Source of the DNA: an uncultured Gammaproteobacteria bacterium
Lineage (GTDB): Bacteria; Patescibacteriota; Microgenomatia; UBA8517
NCBI GenBank assembly: GCA_964645605.1
Contig: CAZYCE010000003.1
Location: 57,135-121,134 of the forward strand
DNA length: 64,000 nucleotides
Direction: 5' to 3'
The first letter of the stretch is position 1. The number at the start of each line of letters is the position of its first letter. Below, piece after piece: positions 37,501 through 47,290 of the stretch. The position numbers and the translations under genes were made by a program. A model generated the notes under the pieces. The model saw only the letters and a program-made list of their open reading frames with translations, was not told where the DNA came from and did not search any database.

Positions 37501-37608
37501 TGTTATAATTCTAAGAATGGAATTCAGATTGAGTATAAATTATTGGTACAGCAGACCTCTCGGGGAGGCCTTGTTGACGTGAGTTAGAAACTCTAGGTGC
37601 AATAAGCA

Positions 37609-37632
37609 AACCTCCCAAACGGGAGGTTTTTT
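37609..37632 (+). terminator. hairpin cctccc-aaac-gggagg + T6 directly upstream of the racemase start; the 3' arm is the only SD-like sequence
   Basis: Perfect 6-bp stem followed by TTTTTT. The ATG lies at 37644. Confidence 0.4.
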
Positions 37633-37643
37633 AATGGAAAAAT

Positions 37644-38345
37644 ATGAAAAAGGTAGGAATCATCGGAGGGTTAGGGCCAGAAACTTCAGCAGAGTTTTGT
37701 CTGAATGTGGGTTTTGCGTGTTCAAAAGTAACCGAAGTCAGGCCTAATTTGTTAGTCTCAAATGTCGCGATCCCATTAAGAATTGAAAGTGAAATCATAA
37801 ACGGTGAAAGTAAAGAAAAAGTCTTGCCGCTTTTGATTGACTCCGCAAAACAGTTGGAAAAAGCCGGGGCTGATTTTATAGTGATTCCCTGCAACACGGT
37901 TCATGTTTTTATTGAAAATATAAGAAAATCTGTAAACGTTCCTGTTCTAAGTATTATAGAAGAAGCCGGTGATTTCTTGGCAGTAAAAAATGTAAAAAGA
38001 GTTGGACTTTTAGGAACTCAGACAACGATTAAAGAAAGGTTGTTTGACAAAATTTTGAAGGAAAATAAAGTCAAGGTAGTTACCCCGGAAATGTCGGATC
38101 AATTGGAATTGAGCCGGTTGATAGACCGTTTAGTTAAAAATTCTCACGGTAAAAACGATAAAGACATATTGCTAAAGATAATCGACAATCTAATAAAGAA
38201 GAATGTTGATTGCATCCTTTTGGCATGCACAGATTTACAACTTTTAGTTAAAAGTCATCACAAAATACAGATTTTCGACACACTCGGAATTCTTGAAATA
38301 GCGACAACCAGGGAAATAATCAGCAGGTCTCCGGATCTTTTATAG
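37644..38345 (+). CDS. Asp/Glu racemase family protein (aspartate-racemase-like)
   Basis: Two catalytic Cys contexts: IVIPCNTVH and LLACTDL. Confidence 0.8.
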   Translation: MKKVGIIGGLGPETSAEFCLNVGFACSKVTEVRPNLLVSNVAIPLRIESEIINGESKEKVLPLLIDSAKQLEKAGADFIVIPCNTVHVFIENIRKSVNVPVLSIIEEAGDFLAVKNVKRVGLLGTQTTIKERLFDKILKENKVKVVTPEMSDQLELSRLIDRLVKNSHGKNDKDILLKIIDNLIKKNVDCILLACTDLQLLVKSHHKIQIFDTLGILEIATTREIISRSPDLL

Positions 38346-38575
38346 GATAATTTGGTTCGAATCCTATGCTAGTCCTATGTTAGGGATAGAAAACGGATTC
38401 TACACTATCCCCAATATCCGGAGAGAGTTTTAAACAATATCTATCTGTATAATTCACTAAAAAACCCACTTTACAGTATTTAGCAAGAAAGATTGAGAAG
38501 TTCGAGAGTACTTGGTTATATAAGTGCCTGTCATGATTGAGCTTCCGAGTCCAGTACCATTTAGGCCCATATGTT

Positions 38576-38857
38576 CTAACTCCAAGTTGTCAGAAAGTAG
38601 CGGATATATTCCGATTGTCTGACACCGTCTAAATGGCTTTGGATTACCTCAGTTGTGAGCAGTAATGGTTTTTTGTTAGTATAATCACTGAATTTACCTC
38701 CTTTTGCCTTAAATTTGTTGTATTCAGTCCAGTCCACTTCGTATACTGGACTGTAACCGCTTTTTCCGTCTTTTTCCCAACGTCGGGCGTAAACATCATT
38801 TCTACCTCTGAAAAGAGATATAAATAGTTGGATTTGATCAAAAGTAGTTTTACCCAT
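38576..38857 (-). CDS. hypothetical ORF / possible gene fragment
   Basis: Two overlapping minus-strand ORFs in different frames in a 627-nt gap. This may be a frameshifted remnant. Confidence 0.2.
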   Translation of the reverse strand: MGKTTFDQIQLFISLFRGRNDVYARRWEKDGKSGYSPVYEVDWTEYNKFKAKGGKFSDYTNKKPLLLTTEVIQSHLDGVRQSEYIRYFLTTWS

Positions 38858-38972
38858 TGTCTATATGCCTGATTGTACCAAACGGTATCACTTTTCCCAT
38901 TTGGGCTTATGGCTTTGGAAAAATTCGGAAAGTGGCACTTGACAAAAAGTAGCACTTTCTGTAAAGTTATAG

Positions 38973-40157
38973 TTGCATATGTTCTACAGGCGCAAAATTT
39001 ACACAGAGCTTTTTTCTCACGCTCAAACTTCTCTCGTAACAGTCCTTACAGGCATGAGAAGGACCGGTAAAACTACCCTAATTCAGCAGCTTCTTTTGGA
39101 TATTCCCAACAAAAACTCGCTTTATCTTGATTTACAACGTCCCGATAATCGTGAGCTTTTCAATCAAAAGAACTATGAAGCAATCCGGGAAGCGTTTATT
39201 GCCAGAGGAATATCTGCTGAAGAGCCAATGGTCATAGCTCTAGACGAAATCCAATTAGCGCCGGAAAGTCCAAGTGCAATCAAATATCTATCAGATCACC
39301 ATAAAATCAAATTTATTGTTACTGGATCAAGTTCATATTATCTCAAAAATTTGTTTTCCGAATCTCTGTCCGGAAGAAAAAAGCTCTTTGAATTATACCC
39401 ATTAGACTTTGGAGAGTTTTTAACTTTTAAAAATATTTCTTTTTCTCAAACTAATTGGTCAAAGGGAACATTTAATGTTTCGGAGTTTAACCGTCTTTCT
39501 TCATATTACGAAGAATACGTCCGTTTTGGAGGTTTCCCCCAAGTGGTGCTTGCGGAGTCTGAGAACGATAAACGGGATTTGTTGTCAGATATTATGTCAT
39601 CTTATGTAAATATTGACATTCGCTCACTTGCTGACTTTTCAGATGAACGCAATTTGTATTCACTTGCCAAGCTTTTAGCCGAAAGAATTGGTAGTAGAGT
39701 GGAGTATTCCAAGTTATCGAGACTTACGGGAATATCCCGCCCAACTGTTACTAATTATATCTCTTTTTTTGAGAAGACTTATTTAATTAACACTATTCCT
39801 GTTTATACAAAAAGTGTTGATAGAGAAATCGTAAAATCCAGAAAACTTTATTTTTGCGATACTGGGCTTGCTAACATTCTGGCGGAACTTTCGAGCGGAG
39901 CCCAATTTGAAAATACCCTTTTTAATCAACTAGCCAGAATTGGACGAGTTCAATATTTTGCTCTCAAAACTGGGCATGAAATTGATTTTATATTAAATGA
40001 AGATCTGGCAATTGAAGTAAAAGAAACCCCTTTGGAAAATGATCTAACACATTTATCTCACATGGCAACCAGGGCCAAAGTACCAAACTTCAAACTTGTT
40101 GGGAGGTATCAATCTCCAAAGTTTACAAATTATGCGTGGGCAGGGTCAATATTGTAA
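38973..40157 (+). CDS. AAA-family ATPase (AAA_14 + DUF4143 architecture)
   Basis: Walker A GMRRTGKTT, Walker B IALDEIQ, and the C-terminal DUF4143-like region. Confidence 0.7.
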   Translation: MHMFYRRKIYTELFSHAQTSLVTVLTGMRRTGKTTLIQQLLLDIPNKNSLYLDLQRPDNRELFNQKNYEAIREAFIARGISAEEPMVIALDEIQLAPESPSAIKYLSDHHKIKFIVTGSSSYYLKNLFSESLSGRKKLFELYPLDFGEFLTFKNISFSQTNWSKGTFNVSEFNRLSSYYEEYVRFGGFPQVVLAESENDKRDLLSDIMSSYVNIDIRSLADFSDERNLYSLAKLLAERIGSRVEYSKLSRLTGISRPTVTNYISFFEKTYLINTIPVYTKSVDREIVKSRKLYFCDTGLANILAELSSGAQFENTLFNQLARIGRVQYFALKTGHEIDFILNEDLAIEVKETPLENDLTHLSHMATRAKVPNFKLVGRYQSPKFTNYAWAGSIL

Positions 40158-40159
40158 TA

Positions 40160-40490
40160 CGGGTAATCCCGTATACTACCCCTTGTGCGACGTATTCATA
40201 AGTAGGTCTAATTTAACTGACATAAACTAGTCGTTTCTGGCTCACAGAAAAGGGATTCGAACAGAGGTTTTTCGAGGGTAAACAACCGTTATAATCCTCG
40301 CTTTTGAAAATAGCACTATTGGAGGAAAACAAGGTCTTTTCGAGGGGACCGGGTCACTGAGGCTGCAAATGCTTGCTGAGCATCTCGGTCTAGTCTCATT
40401 CTATCCCATTTCTCAAAGAGAAGACATCTCGGGCTTCATCACATAACTCGTGTCTTACCCCAAGGCTAAATGAGACAGCATAAAAAGAAA
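40160..40490. repeat. intergenic repeat family, longest copy (A, ~310 nt)
   Basis: atactaccccttgtgcgacg...cataagtagg...gattcgaacagagg...ttttgaaaatagcactattggagg...gggtcactgaggctgcaaatgcttgctgagcatctcggtctag...ccccaaggctaaatgagacag. Confidence 0.55.
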
Positions 40491-40603
40491 ATCATTCTCG
40501 AGTTGGGCTGGAACTTGCTCGATTTTGTAGACAGAAGTCAAAAGACCCATTAAAATACTTAGCATTGCTAATATTTAGCATATTTAATATATAATAGGGA
40601 TTT

Positions 40604-41098
40604 ATGGACAGTCTTACATTACAAACAAAACAAATGAGCAAACTCCTACCCAAGATTGTTAGAGACCTGCGGATAGCTCGTCTAATTGATGAAGTAAAAC
40701 CGGGCTTAACTACATCTCAATTAATGATTCTTTTAATTTTAAAGGACACAAAAGGTGTTCCACTCCCTGTGGGAAAATTGGCTCAGGAGTTGAGCGTTTC
40801 TTTTCCATCAGTCAGTGGGATTGTTGATAGATTGCATAAAGAGAAACTTATTGAAAGAAGTCATAGTAGGAAGGATCGTCGCTTGGTGCTTGTGAAATTG
40901 ACAGATACGGGGAAAGACATCGTTGAAAAATTACTAAACGATTTTGAGAAACTCTTGTTTAATGTTCTTGAGAAAATGCCCGAAACAGAGCGGCGAACAG
41001 TCATGAAAGCGATTGAAAAAGTTTTCGAGTTTTCGGCCGCTTTATCTAAAAATGCTTATAACAAAGGGTCATCTTTATCAGAGGCGGATATAGATTAA
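40604..41098 (+). CDS. MarR-family transcriptional regulator
   Basis: Winged HTH: LTTSQLMILLIL...LAQELSVSFPSVSGIVDRLHKEKLIER...DRRLVLVKLTDTG. Confidence 0.7.
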   Translation: MDSLTLQTKQMSKLLPKIVRDLRIARLIDEVKPGLTTSQLMILLILKDTKGVPLPVGKLAQELSVSFPSVSGIVDRLHKEKLIERSHSRKDRRLVLVKLTDTGKDIVEKLLNDFEKLLFNVLEKMPETERRTVMKAIEKVFEFSAALSKNAYNKGSSLSEADID

Positions 41099-41120
41099 AA
41101 GGACCTTTATTTTATATAAA

Positions 41121-41828
41121 ATGAGCAAATCTCCTTCCAAACAAAAAGATCTACCCTACCATATTTGTTTTATTGTTGATGGTAATCGCCGTTGGGCAAA
41201 AGAAAAAGGCTTACCCGCATTTATGGGTCATAAAAAGGGTGCGGAGCGAATAGAGGAAATTGTCAAATACGCTCAAGACTTGGGTATAAAAATTGTTACT
41301 GTTTATGCTTTTTCGACCGAGAATTGGAAAAGATCTGAAAAAGAAGTTTCCTATTTAATGAACCTTTTTGAAAATTTTGCCATCAATAAAATGAAAGACG
41401 CGGAAAAACTGGGAATGAAAATAAGAGTTTTGGGCAATCTTCAGGATCTTCCTCTATCTTTACAAAAAGTTTTGAAAAAGGGAATGAAACTGACCGAGAA
41501 CAATCAAAAAATGATTGTCAATGCCGCCTTAAGTTACGGAGGTAGAGACGAAATTACCAGAACCTTCCGTAAATTGACAGTTTTAGGAGTTAAACCTGAA
41601 GAAATCACTGAAGATTTGATAAATCAAAACTTAGATACAGCCGGTTTACCCGATCCGGATTTTATTATCAGAACATCAGGTGAGCAGAGGCTTTCTAATT
41701 TTCTTCCCTGGCAAGCCACTTATTCAGAACTATATTTTCCTAGAGTCTATTGGCCGGACTTTGACAAAAGGCAGCTTGACATTGCCATTTTAGAATTTCA
41801 AATGCGCCAAAGGAGGTTGGGAAAATAA
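41121..41828 (+). CDS. uppS: undecaprenyl-diphosphate synthase (cis-prenyltransferase)
   Basis: HICFIVDGNRRWA, AFSTENWKR and RTSGEQRLSNFLPWQ signature blocks. Confidence 0.85.
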   Translation: MSKSPSKQKDLPYHICFIVDGNRRWAKEKGLPAFMGHKKGAERIEEIVKYAQDLGIKIVTVYAFSTENWKRSEKEVSYLMNLFENFAINKMKDAEKLGMKIRVLGNLQDLPLSLQKVLKKGMKLTENNQKMIVNAALSYGGRDEITRTFRKLTVLGVKPEEITEDLINQNLDTAGLPDPDFIIRTSGEQRLSNFLPWQATYSELYFPRVYWPDFDKRQLDIAILEFQMRQRRLGK

Positions 41829-43271
41829 ATGAAAACGAGAAGTATTTTTTATAAATACCCCAAGCTTTACATAAATGGCCTCAAGTGGATTCATAAAAGC
41901 AATTTTGCCAAACGTTATCAATATATGGCCGGTTTTGCCAAAAAAAACGATTTAGTTCTGGAACCTGCCTGTGGACCGGCAACATTGGCAGATTATCTTC
42001 CCAAAAGAGTTAAATATTGCGGCTTTGATACTAATAAGGAATTTATTAACTATGCCCTCAAAAAACATTTGGATGTCTTTCTGGGAAATGTTCTTGACCC
42101 AAAAAATTATTGTCAGGCAGATGTGGTTATTGCTTGCGATATTCTTCATCATTTGAACCCAGATGATAGACAAAAGTTTATTAAAAATTGTTTTGCATCT
42201 TCCAGAAAGGTGTTTATCATTTGCGAACCGGGAAAGAATAACGGGAAAAGAAATGGCGCTTTTTACTCTTTGAGGAAACGTCTGGCAGAGTGGAGCGAAA
42301 AAGATGGTACCGGAAATTTTAAGACCGAATATTTTTTAACCCGTAGCCAACTTCTTGGTCAAATTGAGTATGGTTTTGGCATCATTCCTTCATCGGTCGA
42401 AAGAAAAACTAAAAACTTTGGGGAAGATGTTGTGGCTGTCTTTTTCAAAGATAATAATTATTATCAAGAATTAAAAACGCAAAAAACCATTTCTGCTATT
42501 GTTCCTGTTTTTAATGAAGAAAAGACCGTTGCGGGTGTAATCGAGGTTCTATTAAAAAATCCTTTAATAAACGAGGTCATTTGTATAAACGACGGTTCTA
42601 CCGATAAAACCTTGATGGTTTTGGAGGATTATAAAGATAAAATTCAACTGATTAACTTTGATAAAAACAAAGGGAAAAGTTACGCTTTGGTTGAAGGAAT
42701 AAAGAGAGCTAAAGGAGAAATTGTCTCCTTTTTTGACGCCGATTTAACCAATCTTTCTGATGGTCATATAAATACCCTTCTCGAACCAGTTTTAGAAAAC
42801 AAATTTAGGGCCGTCTTAGGACATCCGTCAAATGGATGGGTGCCTGACGTTTTCTCAAACTTGACCGGTGAACGGGTGTATTACAGAAAAGACTTAATTC
42901 CTCATCTTGAAAAAATGGCTAAAACTAGGTTTGGGGTGGAAATTTTTTTGAATAACCTTTTTTCTGAAGAGGAAACAAAAAAGATTCCCCTTAAAAAGTT
43001 AAGAGGACTTTATAAATATGAGAAACGCAATTCAACAAATGCTTTTAAAGAATATCTTGGCGAAGCAGTAGAGATCGCTCAAGAAATTGGCAAAAGAGAA
43101 GGTTTACTCCCAGGGGACTATCAAATTATTGCCCAAATTTCCAAAGTAACTAATTTTAAAGAGTTAAAAGCTAAAATAGAAAATATTTCAAATAAAAATG
43201 TTCGACAATTTTTCGAAAAATATGTCTTGATATACATAAAAATTGCCCAACACTGGTGGAGTAATTTTTGA
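41829..43271 (+). CDS. bifunctional SAM-methyltransferase / family-2 glycosyltransferase (polyprenyl-phosphate glycosyltransferase-like)
   Basis: The N-terminal half carries LEPACGPATLADYL (MT motif I). The C-terminal half carries ISAIVPVFNEEKTV...CINDGSTDKT...FFDADL (GT2 DxD). Confidence 0.65.
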   Translation: MKTRSIFYKYPKLYINGLKWIHKSNFAKRYQYMAGFAKKNDLVLEPACGPATLADYLPKRVKYCGFDTNKEFINYALKKHLDVFLGNVLDPKNYCQADVVIACDILHHLNPDDRQKFIKNCFASSRKVFIICEPGKNNGKRNGAFYSLRKRLAEWSEKDGTGNFKTEYFLTRSQLLGQIEYGFGIIPSSVERKTKNFGEDVVAVFFKDNNYYQELKTQKTISAIVPVFNEEKTVAGVIEVLLKNPLINEVICINDGSTDKTLMVLEDYKDKIQLINFDKNKGKSYALVEGIKRAKGEIVSFFDADLTNLSDGHINTLLEPVLENKFRAVLGHPSNGWVPDVFSNLTGERVYYRKDLIPHLEKMAKTRFGVEIFLNNLFSEEETKKIPLKKLRGLYKYEKRNSTNAFKEYLGEAVEIAQEIGKREGLLPGDYQIIAQISKVTNFKELKAKIENISNKNVRQFFEKYVLIYIKIAQHWWSNF

Positions 43272-43282
43272 GATATCAGGTT

Positions 43283-43455
43283 TGAAATTACCCTTTGTGC
43301 GATTTCTCTGGACCGCGAGCGCATCGTCCGAACGTTTTGGTTTCAAAACAGCCATTTTGAAGGTGTTATTGGGCTATTCCAGGCTTCACGGTCACACGGG
43401 CGCACTGCTTGGCTGAGTATCATGTCTAGACAGGTTTAGACTCATAAGTAGGAAA
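43283..43455. repeat. intergenic repeat family copy (G)
   Basis: ccctttgtgcgattt...cattttgaaggtgttattgggctatt...cacggtcacacgggcgcactgcttggctgagtatcatgtctagac...ctcataagtagg. Confidence 0.5.
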
Positions 43456-43460
43456 GTGTA

Positions 43461-43667
43461 TTGTGTAATTACAGGTATACATTACAACTTCTTCTATTTC
43501 TTTTGCAACAAGACATCAATCCCAACACAAAGGTTTGGGATATTAGAGACTATGCGAGATATGTTCTAACAAACAAAAACATTGAAGAAAAACGGGAGTT
43601 ATTTAGCCTTTTCAATTATCCATTATTTATCCAAGACAAAAACGTTACTTCACTTCGAGCACATTGA
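43461..43667 (+). pseudogene. remnant homologous to the C-terminal tail of the recombinase fragment at 58.2-58.5 kb
   Basis: DINPNTKVWDIRDYARYVLTNKNIEEKREL parallels NINPDKIPFDFREYAKYTLTRGTTPDKREI at 58206..58508. Confidence 0.4.
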
Positions 43668-43682
43668 CAACAACCCACTGAA

Positions 43683-44501
43683 ATGGTTTGTTTGTTGATA
43701 TATAATTATTTTATAAATAAGACAATAAAAGGTAATCCTGTTCTGGCACAGATAAATACAATATCTGCATACTTGTGGTTTGTTTCAGTTATTGTTTTTT
43801 CTGTCTCCATCTTCACCCAAACTTTTGGATGGTTCGGACATGAATCTTGTACATGGTTACCAGATTGTGGTGACAATAAATTGCTGGTTTGGACATTAAT
43901 TTCTCTTGGTTTGGGAATTTTATCATTTATTGTTATGTTAATTTCTGGCATTTTAAGAAAAGTGCTTAAGGGGCAAAAATGGAACGCACCGTTTAGAATC
44001 GGTGCTGGGAAGATTTCTATTCTAGCAATTTTTGTCTTAATGATCTCGCTTGCTTATTTTGTGATTATGGGTAGGATGGTGCAGGGTACTGATTCTACGT
44101 TAGATGGTCAACACATTTGGGATGCCGTCAACGTCTACAGGAAAGAAAATGGTGTTTCTGAATTACAGCAAAACGAACTTCTTTGCAATAATCTTGTAGC
44201 AAGATGGAAGCAATTTAACGAAGAAAACAATCATGATGGTTTTGAGCCCTGGTTAAAAGAATATGTCTATCCATTCGATACTTCTCACAAGTTAAAATCA
44301 GTTGCAGAGGACTACGTGGGAGGTATTAAAACAGCTGCTGGAGCCATAGTTAAATGGAAAGAATCACCAGGACATAACCTTTCACTTCTTGATCCAAAGT
44401 ACAATATTGGTTGTGCATATGCAGGAACAATACCCGGGACGGGAGGAATAGACACTGATTACGGTACTGCGATCATTATTTTAGGCGAACTTCAAAAATA
44501 G
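43683..44501 (+). CDS. membrane protein with C-terminal CAP/SCP (YkwD-like) domain
   Basis: Four TM segments. The extracellular part carries VNVYRKENGV...WKESPGHNLSLLDPKYNIGCAYAG (CAP motifs). Confidence 0.5.
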   Translation: MVCLLIYNYFINKTIKGNPVLAQINTISAYLWFVSVIVFSVSIFTQTFGWFGHESCTWLPDCGDNKLLVWTLISLGLGILSFIVMLISGILRKVLKGQKWNAPFRIGAGKISILAIFVLMISLAYFVIMGRMVQGTDSTLDGQHIWDAVNVYRKENGVSELQQNELLCNNLVARWKQFNEENNHDGFEPWLKEYVYPFDTSHKLKSVAEDYVGGIKTAAGAIVKWKESPGHNLSLLDPKYNIGCAYAGTIPGTGGIDTDYGTAIIILGELQK

Positions 44502-44544
44502 ATATTTATAAAGGACTGCTCATGGTTTTTGGAGAAAGGATCCG

Positions 44545-44700
44545 GATAGTGGTTTTTCGAGGGTAAACAACCGTTATAATCCTCGCTTTTGAAAATAGCA
44601 CTATTGGAGGAAAATAAGGGCTTTTCGAGAGGACGGGGTCACTGAGGCTGTAAATGCTTGCTGCTCGTGAGTGATTCTCACTACGGCTTCAACATTCAGG
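44545..44700. repeat. intergenic repeat family copy (B), ~90% identical to the core of copy A
   Basis: gtttttcgagggtaaacaaccgttataatcctcgcttttgaaaatagcactattggaggaaaataagggcttttcgagaggacggggtcactgaggctgtaaatgcttgctg. Confidence 0.6.
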
Positions 44701-45801
44701 CGCCCACTTGACTTTAATCGTATCATTTTGATACGATTACTGTATATGAATGATACGAAACTTAACTCTCGCCAAAAACAAATCCTTGAGCTCATAGCAA
44801 AATCGAATGGTCTTTCCCGATTGCAAATTAAGGGAAAACTAGCTGACCAATTTCAGGCTTCTATTCCTACTATCGCACGGGATCTGACTTATTTGTTAAA
44901 AAACAAATTTATTATAGTCCATGGTGACGGTAGAAATACCAACTATTCTGGAATCAATGTTTCCCCTCTCCTTAAATATTTTGATATTGACCAATATTTT
45001 TCCGTTGGGCCAGATCAAAGAACTAATGTCAAGAAAAATTTTGATTTTGGCATATTTAATAATCTTACAAAGCTGTTTACTCCAGTAGAATTATCTGGTC
45101 TGGCTCGGATTTATAAGAATTTTGACACAGAAAGTAAAATTGCCAATAAAGATGTCTATTTAAAAGAAGTTGAGAGATTTGTTATCGAACTTTCTTGGAA
45201 ATCCTCAAAGATTGAGGGCAACACCTATTCTCTTCTGGATACGGAAACTTTAATCAAACAAGAGGTGGAAGCAGAAGGACACTCCAGAGAAGAAGCTGTT
45301 ATGATTTTGAATCACAAAAGTGCCTTTGAAATCATATTGGAAAATCGGAAAGACTACCGAGAAATATCTTTCTCTCAAATCACTCAACTTCACAATATTT
45401 TAGTAAAAGGTCTGAATGTTACGACTGGAATTAGAAAACAAGCGGTGGGGATTACAGGGACAGTTTATCAACCATTAAGTAACGAGTGGCAAATTCAGAA
45501 AGCTATGGACAAGTTTGTTATTGTTTTAAATCATTCTACCCATCCACTAGAAAAAGCTCTAATAACAATTGCTATGATTTCGTATATTCAGCCATTTACT
45601 GACGGAAATAAGAGAACAGCCAGAATGCTGGCTAACGCGGTTTTGCTGGCTAATGATTATTACCCACTTTCCTACAGGAGTGTGGATGAAACCTTTTATA
45701 AAAAGGCTCTGGTTTTATTTTACGAGCAGAACAGTCTCTATTATCTAAAGCAAATTATTTTGGACCAGTATAAATTTGCGTTAAACACTTATTTCAAGTA
45801 G
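44671..45801 (+). CDS. Fic-family protein (AMPylase-type) with N-terminal HTH
   Basis: Fic motif IQPFTDGNKRTARML (HxFx[DE]GNGRxxR, with H replaced by Q). Confidence 0.75.
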   Translation: MILTTASTFRRPLDFNRIILIRLLYMNDTKLNSRQKQILELIAKSNGLSRLQIKGKLADQFQASIPTIARDLTYLLKNKFIIVHGDGRNTNYSGINVSPLLKYFDIDQYFSVGPDQRTNVKKNFDFGIFNNLTKLFTPVELSGLARIYKNFDTESKIANKDVYLKEVERFVIELSWKSSKIEGNTYSLLDTETLIKQEVEAEGHSREEAVMILNHKSAFEIILENRKDYREISFSQITQLHNILVKGLNVTTGIRKQAVGITGTVYQPLSNEWQIQKAMDKFVIVLNHSTHPLEKALITIAMISYIQPFTDGNKRTARMLANAVLLANDYYPLSYRSVDETFYKKALVLFYEQNSLYYLKQIILDQYKFALNTYFK

Positions 45802-46524
45802 TTTGATAAGTTTTTCCTCCCAGCCGAAACATGTTTTCCTCCCTTTCAAATTCCTAAATTCCTTTTTGCATTCGGGATCAATTTTTGCAAATTCGATGAG
45901 CACATCTATCACCTCTTCAATAAACCCCCCAACAGTTCCTTCAGAGTCGTCAACTCCACTCTGAAGTTTTTTATCCAGACGGAGTAAGAGCTCAATTATT
46001 AAATCTGTAGTTTGTACACTAATCGGCAATTTACTAATTAGTGTTGAAAGTCTATTAACACCTTCGGTTAAAGAATTCTGATATGCAAACCAAGTTTTTG
46101 AAGGCCCCGAATAATATTTAATAAAACTGATAGCGTAGGTTATTTCTTTCTTGATATTTTTTAACTCGTTGTTGGTTAATTGGCCAATATTTCCGCTGGC
46201 ACTTGGTTTAGTAATCTGAATCTTATCACCTGTCTTTATCTTCTTTCCCCTTAGAATTCCGTAAATTGCTGTAGCGACCATATGTTTACAAAGGGTGTTG
46301 TTTTGGCCCAAATAGCACTCACACATTCCTGAATCATATTTTTGAGTGGATACTGATACGCGGTAAGGTTGACTACCCAAGACCGTTGATATAAAAGTAT
46401 AACCGTTATCTTTGAACTCGGTCACCTTCCCACCTTCATACAAAATTATGGCTTTTTGAAAAGTGTCTTCGTCAACTCCGTACTTAATCTTTTCTAAATC
46501 GTATTTGGGAATTGTGAGAACCAT
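45781..46524 (-). CDS. SWIM-zinc-finger protein
   Basis: CECYLGQNNTLCKH (CxCx(n)CxH). Convergent with fic and overlapping it by 21 nt. Confidence 0.45.
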   Translation of the reverse strand: MVLTIPKYDLEKIKYGVDEDTFQKAIILYEGGKVTEFKDNGYTFISTVLGSQPYRVSVSTQKYDSGMCECYLGQNNTLCKHMVATAIYGILRGKKIKTGDKIQITKPSASGNIGQLTNNELKNIKKEITYAISFIKYYSGPSKTWFAYQNSLTEGVNRLSTLISKLPISVQTTDLIIELLLRLDKKLQSGVDDSEGTVGGFIEEVIDVLIEFAKIDPECKKEFRNLKGRKTCFGWEEKLIKLLEISV

Positions 46525-46599
46525 TTGATATCAACTTGTATTATATTCCAATAAGGATAAAAAAGACTGTCATACGGTCTTTATCCTGACAACGAGCGT

Positions 46600-46720
46600 A
46601 CGGTACGAGAATTTGGTATTTAAAATAGCACTTTTGAAGGTATTGTTGGGCTTATTTAGGCATTACGGTCACTGGGGTGCCCTGTTTGGCTGAGCATCTC
46701 GGTCTAGGACCATTCGAGCC
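46600..46720. repeat. intergenic repeat family copy (F)
   Basis: tagcacttttgaaggtattgttgggcttatttaggcattacggtcactggggtgccctgtttggctgagcatctcggtctaggaccattcgagcctataa. Confidence 0.55.
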
Positions 46721-46746
46721 TATAAACAATTATTTAAAAATTATTC

Positions 46747-47121
46747 TTACAACGAGTTTATATAGGTGGCAGCCACCAATAAAAATTCGGGATGTTCCTC
46801 GGTGACAAGATGGTCTCCAGGCAAATAAGGTTTTATACCATGCCCGACCATCGTCTTAGACAAAACCTCCTTAAGTACGTCTGCCTGGTTTTCACTTAAA
46901 TCTACATCTTTATTACATAATTCGAGTAATCTTAACTTCTCTCTGGCAGAAAGTTCCTGTAATTGTTCTGATACCTGTGTGTCAGTTATGGTTCCATCTG
47001 GGGGGATATTTCTAAACTTAATACCATCGGTAAATTTTCCCAACAGAGGTTTTTCGTTTTTTACTTGTGCATACTTCTCTGCAAAAGAAGTGTTTGCTAA
47101 TGCTTTTTCTTCGTTATCCAT
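46747..47121 (-). CDS. hypothetical protein
   Basis: ORF only. Confidence 0.3.
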   Translation of the reverse strand: MDNEEKALANTSFAEKYAQVKNEKPLLGKFTDGIKFRNIPPDGTITDTQVSEQLQELSAREKLRLLELCNKDVDLSENQADVLKEVLSKTMVGHGIKPYLPGDHLVTEEHPEFLLVAATYINSL

Positions 47122-47179
47122 TTTATCTCACCCCCTTTCCTTAAAAATTTCATCTTGGTTCGTAAATTGAGACTGAGCT

Positions 47180-47290
47180 CGTTTTATTTGCTTGGCTGAG
47201 CAGTGTGGTCTCGGACCATTCAGACCCATAACTGATTACTCCAAGTGTATCACACTCGAGGCTAAATGAGACAGATGAGACACTATAAAA
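47180..47290. repeat. intergenic repeat family copy (E)
   Basis: tgcttggctgagcagtgtggtctcggaccattcagacccataactg...ctcgaggctaaatgagacagatgagaca. Confidence 0.5.

Noticed and set aside
37067-37643. tmRNA or RNase P RNA in the 577-nt spacer
   Set aside because: A tRNA-like 3' end is present, but no matching 5' end (GGGG...-type tmRNA start), no resume-codon/tag ORF, and no P4 motifs of RNase P. The bulk of the spacer is a copy of the repeat family.
38340-38370. GGTTCGAATCC T-arm-like motif just after the racemase gene
   Set aside because: Flanking sequence gives no acceptor or D/anticodon arms. Only a 5-bp AGGAT/ATCCT stem with a 12-nt loop. Likely chance or a decayed fragment.
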